A DNA stretch of 59,525 nt, the filler included, from Basidiobolus meristosporus CBS 931.73 (taxonomy: Eukaryota; Fungi; Basidiobolomycota): assembly GCA_002104905.1 (NCBI GenBank). It is 3 parts of 3 records of this genome, joined end to end, with 100 filler letters (N's around TTAATTAATTAA, not from the genome) between each part and the next. Parts side by side here need not be neighbours in the genome. Positions count along the whole stretch, not along the records: positions 18,736 to 48,384 come from MCFE01000866.1; 2 more parts are not named here. One strand, 5' to 3'. The position numbers were made by a program, and so were the translations under genes. Under the pieces are notes generated by a model. The model saw only the letters and a program-made list of their open reading frames with translations, was not told the origin of the DNA and made no database searches. Positions 23,835 through 34,500 of this stretch are shown here, piece after piece; position 1 is the first letter of the stretch; every line of letters begins with the position of its first letter.

Positions 23835-25367
23835 TGTGTGTGTTTCACCGTTGAATTGAATACTGAAGAGGATTGTATAGAGCTATAAGGGGATAGGGAC
23901 GGTAGGCAAGGAGAGATAGGCAGAGTTACCATGGCAATGAAGGGGAGTATCACCCTTACTTCGGTTTCTAGCCAAGAGAGCCCGTTCCTTGCTACTAAAA
24001 TCACGTGAAGTATGGGCACTACAATAGTATAGTATGAGCGACTTGTTATAGTGTGAGTGATTTGAGTTTCTATTTGCTGTAAGAGTAAAACCGGATTGAA
24101 TGCATGCATATATATTTGTAGAGTGAAATAACTCACTGGCTCTTGTGGAAATCTATACAAAACACGAATCTTTATAGCCTTTCCACTACTGATAGTGGTG
24201 GTGAAAGACACGTCCAGTTGATGTGTAGATAAGGTGAAAGGCTTTACCAACTTAGGTATTTATCCCAAGTGAAATGTAAGTATCGGTGCTTAGTGAAAGG
24301 TTCCACGAGGTCGGGGTTCTCGAAGACTCTTCTAAAGACGTGGGGACGAAACCGGGGAGATACACGATGAGGGACGGGGATTACGTCCTATTGAACCTCC
24401 ATCACTCCCTACCACGGTAGTCCCTCACCGGCTTCCATACGGGGATTCTGATTCAACCTCTCGTCTGCCCCACAGCACGGATAAGATCTTATGACCATCT
24501 GAGCTTTGTGGAGAGTATCTTTTGAGCGTTTGTTCGATAACCATGATGGCTATGATAGATAAATAAACTTACTTTGGCGCCTGATGGTAAGATGGAGCAT
24601 CTATCACATCAAGCTAGCAGCATTCCACTTGCCAAGTTATTACCTACTGATACTTACATAGACGATCATAAGGTTCATTGTAGTCATACTCAAAATATTA
24701 TTATCTCTTCAGTATTCTCAACAGCAGTGCAGTGGCCTCAGCACTTGCTGTTATGAACAGTTTCCTTCACAGGTATGGCTAAAGTCTCAATATACTGGGA
24801 CATTGGCATGCTTTGTACGGTGCTCCAGCTGTCTTTCAGAGAGGCCCGTACTGTTTAGCTGATTACAGCACACTAGCATATATAAGCTATGTCATTATTT
24901 CTTGTTACTAATTTCCTTCTGCAGAAAGCCAAATACCAACACATGACTTGCTTTGTACTCCCACTGCAGGTAGCTAGCAGATATACAATTGTACTGCATA
25001 GGACTCTACTTCATATAGTAATTTGGTGTTATTTTGAACAATGATAAGCAAGAGTAGGAACTCTCCATTGCTCTAAAGCTACTGGTAAACATAAGCTCAG
25101 TAAACTTGTTCTAGGCAGCATTCCAACTCATATTTTCGCAATAAATAACCTTGCAGCATATAGAATGGTGCTGATAGCTCCTTGATCCATACTGTTGGCT
25201 CTTGGAGTTAGCCTGCAGTAGGGATTTTAAACCTACATCGACTCCTTAGTGAGCACTTCTTTATGTAATTGATGATTGATAATTACTTACAGGCTGCCCA
25301 GGTACAATAGGCCTCTGCTTTCCTCATTTAAGTATCACCAGAACCCTTGGTTGACTGGACACTTCTG

Positions 25368-25502
25368 AACCGGTATTGCACTGTCAGCTTCAGGTACCAT
25401 ATCAAGTACCCTCAACCGGTATTGCACTGTCAGCTTCAGGTACCATATCAAGTACCCTCAACCGGTATTGCACTGTCAGCTTCAGGTACCATATCAAGTA
25501 CC
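25368..25502 (+). repeat. 46-bp tandem repeat, ~3 copies
   Basis: AACCGGTATTGCACTGTCAGCTTCAGGTACCATATCAAGTACCCTC repeated head to tail without spacers. Confidence 0.9.
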
Positions 25503-25934
25503 AAACATTCTTCACAATGCTTTAATATTTGAAATATTTACAACAGGCACCATATAACTAAGAATGACAAAGTAGTAGTCCGAATACTTGTGGCAGTTAT
25601 CAGTACTTGAGCCGCAATCCCTGCCAATATCACCTACGATGAACTTACTTACAAGCAAGCCATATGCACAGTGAGATAAGTACGGAAGTATACTAATTTT
25701 ATACTATCGCAGCCTAACTTTAAGCTTATTTATTCCTCGCTCGGCTGACCTATACTTGAGGATGTACTGCGGCAGGTTGACTGTATGCGTAGCCGACCAG
25801 GAATACATGGATGTAGCTAGATAGGTTCAAGATATGTGATAAATGTTTTAATCAACCATGCCACTCTTTAATGAATATGAGTTGTGGCAGCAACGGAAGG
25901 GGATACGGTGATAGGACGCATGGAGATGGCGAAT

Positions 25935-26114
25935 GCCAACCAAGGAGTCGAGGAAGAGGAGGGCAATCGTGAAGAGGCCCAGCTATATGGGAGATACGGC
26001 GGGTATGGGTGGTGGAGGGGCAGATACTGGGGACGAGGACGCTACGGTCGCTACGGTGGTTATGGAGGTCGGTAGGGATATAGAGGCTATGGTGGATGCG
26101 ACTGGGGTTGCTGA
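25935..26114 (+). pseudogene. Family A copy A3, 5'-truncated with nonsense codon
   Basis: Starts at the acidic spacer; TGG to TAG at 26073-26075; tail shortened but still ends GGCDWGC*. Confidence 0.85.
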
Positions 26115-26242
26115 ATAATAAGAGTCAAGGCTTTCATTCACTCCAGCAACGAATAAAGTACTGTCGCATTTTATCTACCGATAGTGAATGGCCATATGTA
26201 TAATTCGATGGGATGTATTCTTTATAACTCTTATTGTGAATA

Positions 26243-26477
26243 CTGGTTGGCTGAGACACCTGCTTCTTTTCCGTTATTTGGAGGTAGTCGCAACAATCCT
26301 GTTCCTTTTCCTGTTGCAATCTTACAGAGAAGGGTACAGGATTACTTTAGCGGAGGTGCTGGATGGTCCGGAAGTGATGCTTGCGGTATCTACCGGTCAC
26401 ATGCTAGCATGAGCCGAGGTTGATACGCGGGTTAGCAGTGCCACGGTTAAGGAGCAGAGAACGGTATTGAATCGCAC
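26243..26477 (-). pseudogene. Family B pseudogene 3
   Basis: Same deletion junction; start codon changed to GTG. Confidence 0.75.
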
Positions 26478-27856
26478 TGTGTGTGTTTTACCGTTAAATC
26501 GAATATTAAATACGATTGTATAGAGCTATAAGGGGATAAGCACTGTTGGCAAGGAGAGACAGGCAGAGAAGGGGAATATTCTATTAGAGTACTTTTTTCA
26601 GTCTTGGGAGTACGCATATGATTACTTCAGTTTCTAGCCAAGAGAGCCCGTTCCTTGCTACTAGTAACATAGAAAGACTTCAAAACGTCATAGTTGCTAT
26701 AAGTGCAAAACCTGATTGAATGCATGCATATGTTCGTAGAGTGAAATAACTCATTGAAATCTCTATAGTCTTACCGTTAGGCATATGACTGATAGTGGTG
26801 CTGACAGATGATACCCAGTTGATGCCCCGTTGATGCGTAGATAAGCCTTTCATACGAGGATTCTGGTTCAAAATCGTCTGCCTCAAACACGGATTTTGAC
26901 CAAGACAAGATCTTGTGACCATCTGAGCTTTGTGGAGTGTATCTTTTGAGCGTTTGCTTATTAACCATGACGGCTATGGTAGATCAATACACTCATGCTG
27001 GAGTATCTATCACATCAAGCTACTAGTCAAGTTATTACTTACACTCTGATCACTGACTGACACTTAAACCATCATATCTCTGGTGTATAGAAGATCATAA
27101 GGTTTGTCGTAGTCATTTTCACAGAACCATTATCTCCTCAGTATTTTCAGCAGAAATACTCTGACCTCAGCACTCATTGCTATGATCAATGGTTGTCATT
27201 TAGTAATAATGATTGCAGCTAGTTCTCAGTGCTTGAACCGCAACCCCTTCCAATATCAGCTAGCATGAACTTACAACAAGCTATATGCAGTGAGAATATA
27301 TTCGATAAGTACACTAATTTTTATATTATCGCAGCCTAACTTGGAGCTTACTAATTCCGCTTACCATACACCGGCCAAGTATATACTTCAGGATTTACTG
27401 CGGCAGGTTAACTGTATGTGTAACCGACTGGGAATAAATGCTGGAGTTGGCTCAAGAGATGTCATTAATCATGCCATTCTTTAGTAAATATGTTGATATA
27501 AAGGGAGTTATGGCATCAACGGAAGGGGATAACGACGCTACAGTGACAGGATACATTGGTACATGGAGATGGCTGCAACTGGAAGTTCACACAATCAATA
27601 TCAACATATGGTTAATATGGATGTTGCTAACCTGCAACATATCTGCTAAACAAATGATCTTGTGAAGCTTTTCGTTGTGGTATGCGTGTTTGATTGAATG
27701 AAGAGCCACTAAACAGTTTCTATTGAACGATCGTATGGATCACCCGCAGCGCTTCTCACTGAAGGCAGAGGTAAAGTTGAGTGTCTTTAATAAGCTCCAT
27801 CATCAGCTTCTGCTATACGGGTATATATACTCATAATCAGCTCATTCAGATTCACA

Positions 27857-28276
27857 ATGTACAAGCACTTCTCCATCCCCTTTGCTCTCCTAATTGCCTC
27901 ATATGCAGTGGCAACTCCTGTGCAGCCAGAAGTAACCAATGTAGCAAGTGCTTCCATCTCCATCCGGGACCCACAAAGCGGCAAAATGATAACACAATTC
28001 CAATCCGCAAAAGACGAAGATGCTCGCGCCATTCTTGACGACATATTCGGCCAAATGTCAGGCGGTGGGTTGGCAGATGAATAAGTGTCTCCTACAAGTC
28101 AAGACACTGACTCTGAAGAGACCCAGCTTTTGGGTAGATATGGTGGCTATGGAAGGTGGGGAAGCAGATACGGGGGACGAGGACGTTACGGTCGCTATGG
28201 TGGCTACGGAGGCCGATGGGGATATGGGCGCTACGGGGGATATGGTGGCTATGGTGGATGCGACTGGGGTTGCTAA
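27857..28276 (+). pseudogene. Family A divergent copy A4 with one in-frame stop
   Basis: 27857-28084 and 28085-28276 are the same frame separated by TAA (28082-28084); signal peptide, DTDSEETQ spacer and tail ending CDWGC otherwise intact. Confidence 0.8.
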
Positions 28277-28751
28277 TGCACTACATCCTTACGTTTAATA
28301 AACATCATAATGACAATGCTCATCGTAATTAATCAGTGATGTTTACCAAGCTGCAGCATGGAGAGAAAGTCGGATATGTGTATGGATAAGGTGGATGTCT
28401 AGGCAAAGATAAGTCTTATTGCAGTTTGGCTGTCAATTATCTTCATAAATGGTGCCAATCTTTACCTTTAAATGCGGTCAATTTTTACCTTCAATGCTGT
28501 CAATTTTTACCTTTTAATGGTGTACTGTTAGTAGTCATTTTTTTTCGCATGATAACACTACTCTAGAAGCTCTTATTGTATCTTCCTAATGCCTGTAGAA
28601 TAGATGCAAAATATAATATATCGTTCGTCCGAAACCCATCAATTTCGCGAAGCTTCCTAGATGTGATGTCTATAAACCTCCGTCTTGGCCAAAAGCTGTC
28701 CCTGTATATAAAGGCTGGTGCCGAGCTTTATTGGAGTATTCAACATTCACA

Positions 28752-29201
28752 ATGTACAAACAACTTACCGCAGCCTGTGCTCTACTAATGGTCGTTAGTG
28801 CCTTTGGAAGTCCCGTAGATGTGTCAAGCACAAATGTAGCGAGCGCATCCATCTCCGATAAGAACCCGCAAAGCGGTCAAATGGTGAAGAAGTTCTCGTC
28901 CAACAGGGAAGAGGATGCGGAGAATATTCGACACTACATCGATGGCATTCTCGGCCAGATGTCGAGGAATACGTTTGATCAGACTATCTCGAGCAAGCAA
29001 GGCGCCGACCAAGGAGTCCAGGAAGAGGAAGGTAATCCTGAAGAGGCCCAGCTATGGGGGAGATACGGTGGATATGGGCGGCGGAGGGGCAGATACTGGG
29101 GACGAGGAGGTTACGGTCGCTACGGTGGTTATGGAGGTCGGTGGGGATATGGACGCTACGGGGGATATGGAGGGTATGGTGGATGCGACTGGGGTTGCTA
29201 A
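28752..29201 (+). CDS. Family A copy A5: secreted prepro-peptide (149 aa)
   Basis: Intact ORF from ATG 28752 (the track's 28731 start is a TTG), colinear with A2; TATATAAA upstream. Confidence 0.92.
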   Translation: MYKQLTAACALLMVVSAFGSPVDVSSTNVASASISDKNPQSGQMVKKFSSNREEDAENIRHYIDGILGQMSRNTFDQTISSKQGADQGVQEEEGNPEEAQLWGRYGGYGRRRGRYWGRGGYGRYGGYGGRWGYGRYGGYGGYGGCDWGC

Positions 29202-29326
29202 ATAATAACAATCAAGGTTTTCATTCACTCCAACAACACAGCTTGTCTGTGTGCTTGAATAAAGTACCGTTGCATTTTATCTATCGGTAGTGAATGGCCA
29301 TGTGATTGTGACTCTTAGTGAGAATG

Positions 29327-29584
29327 CTAGTTAGCAGAGACTCTCACTGCTCCAACGGTCACTTCTTTTCCGTAGTTTCGAGGTAATCGCAGCAAACCTG
29401 AACCTTTTCCTATTGCAATCTTGCAGAGAAAGGTACAGGATTGCTTTGGCGGAGGTGCCGGGTGGTCCGGGAGTTACGCTTACGGTATCCAATGGCCCGG
29501 CAGTCACGTGCTGCCATGAGCCAAGGTTGATACGCAGGTTGGCAGTACCATGTTTAAGGAGGAGGGAACGGTATTGAGTCGTAT
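29327..29584 (-). pseudogene. Family B pseudogene 4
   Basis: Same deletion junction; start codon changed to ATA; additional stops. Confidence 0.75.
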
Positions 29585-31036
29585 TGTGAGTACTTCACCG
29601 TTGAATCGAATATTAAAGAAGATTGTGTAGAGCCATAAGGGCATAAGCAGAGTTACTAAGATAATGAAGGGGAATAATATACAACTTTATCGTGTGTGTG
29701 GCTTGGATTTCGATACGTAAACAAATGGCATAGTTGCTTTGATTGAATGCATGCATATAATCGTAGAGTGAAATAACTCATTGAAATCTCTATAGTCTTA
29801 CCGTTAGGCATATGACTGATAGTGGTGCTGAAAGATGATACCCCGTTGATGCCCCGTTGATGCCCCGTTGATGCGTAGATAAGCCTTTCATACGAGGATT
29901 CTGGTTCAAAATCGTCTGCCTCAAAACACGGATTTTGACCAGGACAAGATCTTGTGACCATCTGAGCTTTGTGGAGTGTATCTTTTGCGCGTTTGTTTAA
30001 TAATCATGACGGCTATGGTAGATAAATACACTCATGATGAAGTATTTATCACATCAAGCTACTAGTCAAGTTATTACTTACACTCTGATCACTGACTGAC
30101 ACTTACACCATCATATCTCTGGTGTGTAGAAGATCATAAGGTTTCAAAGGTATATGTTTTCTACAATATTTGAACACGCTTGCTACAACTCATTGGAGAT
30201 ATTCACAAATGAGACTATACAACTAAAAATGATCACTTGATGCAATAAATGGACGTTGTTTGATAAGAATCCTTCAATACTTGAACCAGCCTATACGAAT
30301 ATCAAACAAACTATATGCACTACAAGGGAATATATTACATAAGTACAGAAGTACAATAATCTTTATATTTCGTATACCACCATTCAGATGCGCTATACAC
30401 TGACTCCATATATACTTCAGGGCGTGCTGTGGCATGAGTAACCGGCTAGGAATAAATACTGGAGTTGGATGTAACTAGATAGGTTTATCAAGCTCCATCA
30501 TTATTCCATTCCTGAAGACACCGACTCTGATGGCAGCAACGGAAGGAGATTAGGACGCTACGTTTCTGGGTAATTCACCACATCCTTACCTTAAATAAAC
30601 ATCACATTGTCAATGTTTCATGCTAAACTTCATACTAAGCCTCATCGTAATTGATAGAAGCCACTCGGTGATGTTTGCATAATTCATCAAGCAGCAGTTT
30701 TCATAGTTCCTCAAGCTGCAGTAGGGAGAACAAGTCAGATAGGTGTATGGACAAGGCTGTGGTAGTGGATGTGTAGGTGGGTATCAACAGTTTGGCAGTC
30801 AATTGAAGTGGTTCTTTTTCGCAGCATTTTTACCGGCCACGTTAGTGGAAACACACATACTTACTTCATCAGTATGCTTGTCCTTATCTTACTAACAACA
30901 GTATACTAGAGCTAGCACAAAGCTTCCTAATGCTTGTAACATAGATTCGATCGAAACCCATCAATTCTGCGAAGTGTCCTAGATGCAATGTCTATTAGCC
31001 TGGTTTAGTATATAAATCGAGTGTTCAACATTCACA

Positions 31037-31240
31037 ATGTACAAGCAACTTACCGCAGCTTGTGCTCTACTAACGGTCGCCAGTGCCTTTGGAAGTCCCG
31101 TGGATGCGTCAAGCACAAATCTCCGATAGAAACCCACAAAGCGGCCTAGTGGTGAAGAAGTTCTTGTCCAACAGGGAAGAGTATGCGCAGAATATTCGAC
31201 ACTACATCGATGGTATTCTCAGCCAGATGTCAAGGAATAC
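31037..31240 (+). pseudogene. Family A copy A6, frameshifted and 3'-truncated
   Basis: ATG 31037; same 17-nt deletion as A1 (ACAAATCTCCGATAG); homology ends at 31240, before the spacer and tail. Confidence 0.85.
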
Positions 31241-31599
31241 TCTTATAAAATAACTGGCCTATGCACATGAAAAGATTTTTGCTACTTGGAGTGCAATATA
31301 ACTCGATAGTATGCGTGGCTTGGGCCTCTAAACGTAATTTAATGCCGTAGTGATTCTTTCTTCTTATCTGAATGTATGCATGCAGAGTTTGATCGAGGAA
31401 TATGAGTAAAGAGTAACAATGAGCTGGAACGAATTGTTCTTTCTACTTTTGACAAAATCACACGCCAACTCTTATAGCCGTATGAAGCAACCTTCAATTA
31501 GGCACTTTATCTGTTTTCTTATGCTACTCTGTATAGATTACTATGGATAGCTTACTATGGATAGCATATATATAAACTTTATTCTTTGGTATTGCACAT

Positions 31600-34500
31600 C
31601 CACAATATGGTCAAGTGGGCAAGGAGCTTTTATCCTTCATATTTGTATATGTTGTTCTTATTATGTAGATTATTGTTACCATCTTTGGAGTGTATCTATG
31701 CATGGTTGATCAATAGTTTTGATGGTCAGAGTATACAAGCGTTGTAGTTGTGCATAATGCCTCAATTTTTTTGCTCCATCATATTAATCTGTTGCTACTG
31801 TGCTAGCCGTCAACTTGCTGATACTCTTAGCCATCAATCAGCAACTCTTGTTCAAATCAGTCATGTCTACTGATGCATTGGGGCTCCAGATTATATTAAA
31901 AGAATTTGCCCCTTTAAAGACTTAGGTACCATGGAATCATCTAGTTCCACTTTCAAAACTTTGCACAGGTAGTGTGCTACATGAATATAGATTAATGCTT
32001 CTTTTAAAGCAGTGAAGGTATTGATTGGTCCTTCCCCAAAGTCACTGATGTTGAAAAGACCAGAGTATTTCTGCTCTTCCTCTATGGCCAGTGAAGGCAG
32101 TATAGGTGCTGCTTGTGTTACATGAGTTCCAACTTGCTTGTACCTGTCAATTTTGCTTGTTTTAAAGCCTCCTATATACTTGTGTTATTTTGCAGCCCTC
32201 TGAGTTGTCAGAGCTGATAAATGTTGAATAAAACACTTGAGTGAGTACTTGTTCCACCATGAGCAATCTGAAACTTGCAACTCTGCTGATAATGTGTTGG
32301 TATTTGACTTTTATTCCAAGGGTATTTATCTGGCACTCAACTGGTGCTTTCCTTCTTATTTCTATACAGTGATATTCATGCAAGTTTTGTGCAACTTATT
32401 GGCAAATTGATATGTCTGTTGTTTGGTCTAGCCTCCTGTTAGTGTCTATTCCTCTTGTCTGCTCAATAGCTAGGGCCAGAGATATTGATATTTATTAGCT
32501 CCATTAAGCACTGAGTTCAGTAAGCATTACAATGGCATTTTGCTCATCTTTCACTACTTTCTACTGAGCATTAGTTAGCTACTAGAGAAAGCTCAAAGAA
32601 CTAAATTCAAAAGGGCAAAGGGACTCTATGCTAGCTGACTGTTAAACAAAGGGTTACCAAGCCTGTGTGTAGAGACAACTATGATTCCCATTCAGCTGCT
32701 AAGCTGTGAATTTGGCATATACAGACTGTCTCTAAATCAATGTAATTATAACTATGAAGCATACATAAGTCACTCTGAGTGGTGGAAATATACATGTTGT
32801 CACAGTGCTCAGATAATAGGTTGCACACCAACTTAATCAGTGTATGCATGGCAGCCACAATGTAATTGTAGCTAAGCATTTCTTAGTAAAATCCTGCAAG
32901 GTGATGCTATTTCTGGTGATCACTAGTACTAGATCAGCTGTTGTTGTATCCCTAAACCTGCACAAGTCCCCAAAATCAGTTTCCTTAATTATCTAATCTG
33001 CTTGTCCTTTAGAAATGCCCAAAAGGCATTACACTAATCTGAAGCAGTGCTACACTGCAATGCTATGAATGAGTAGGTGATGTATATCTGATCTGCCTTA
33101 CTATTGCTGCAATGGATGCTACTATGATGCACCCTTGTAAATTTAACCTCATTGAAGGTCTCAAAGTTGGAATAAATCTGATTTTCTGCTAGTTCTCAGT
33201 TGATATTCTGATGGGATTTGAAGGTATTCAGCTGGTCTTTGTTCTTTAAGTTGTTGGTTGCAATTTTTGTTGGAAGTAGTAAGCAGCTGTTAACCAAACC
33301 TGGTATGAATGCCAGTTGGCCTATCCTCCTCATACAGAATATATCTGCTAGTCATCCCAACAGGTAGTGGCTGATATATAAAAAGGTGTATATATAGAAA
33401 ACTTGAATTGAGCCAACATCATGGTGGTATTTTGCTGACCATTTCCAAGTCCTTTCTGTTTGGGAAGAGTGCTATGGTGCATATGTTGGGGACACAGGAG
33501 TTGCAACTGATATTACTAATTCTAATATTTCTGAGCTTCACATATTTGCAATCTACTTTACTGCAAGTAGGTTGTAAACCTAGTATGATACATACTAGGC
33601 CACTTTACCATATTCAACAAACTAGTTCCAGCTAGGGACAATAGGTCTGTATTTGTAGGCAAATATTGGAACACATGTGTAGAGAAGCAGTGGGCCTTAT
33701 ACGTGTGCTGATGCATGGCAAACTGGCAATGCAGTACATGAGCTCTACTTTTGAGTTGCATAGCCTCAATTGTTGCCTTGGACAAAGCCAATGCAACTAC
33801 ATATTTTTATAGCTACTTCCTCAGAATTACAAATGTCACTTGCTTCATCTCTTATTGAATCCTTGATACTGATTCTTTGGTTTACATTATGTTCAGGTGA
33901 CTAATTTAGGAGCCAAGAGCTTCTTAGGCACTTCAATGCAGTTATATAACTCTTTATGCTGTGCATACTCAAGTGACATATTTTTTTGTGGTACTCTCAG
34001 CTATAATTTATTGGTTGGCTGTCATGTCATTGTTAATACTATAATATCAATGATACTGATGAGTTAGTCAGCAATTATGATCACTAAAGCTATATGCTTC
34101 ATATTGAGCAGTGAGTTACCATGAATGAGACAAAAGTGAGCTCAAAAATGGTGTCCAGGCACACATTGATCACATCTAAATATGGCTACAGCCTAAAGCT
34201 GGTGTGGAGCAATACTGCAATTTACTTAAGCCCTCACCAGTTGAATCTACAGTGGCCTGGAAATAAGTAATCATTACATACTGCACTGATGATGAGTGTA
34301 CTCAGTTTTGATAGCTCAGTAGTGGTAGATATGCTTAGTGGTAAATATCTTGATGAATGAAATATGTATACTCAGCCAAAGCCAATGCAATAACAGACTC
34401 TGCAGATCTTTAAATACTTAAGATACAAAATCCACAACATTGTTGTATCAGATAGCTTGAGCTACTTACAAGCTTACATAGCTCATCAGAATGCAACATA

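Noticed and set aside
25368-25502. CRISPR-like array (also 55710-55825)
   Set aside because: Head-to-tail repeats without unique spacers, no cas genes, eukaryotic context.
20124-29290. Overlapping ORFs on family A genes (MRRIFDT..., MGEIRW..., antisense HIPRSVHIP...)
   Set aside because: Shadow frames of the low-complexity tail; silent-site variation preserves the G/R/Y frame, not these.
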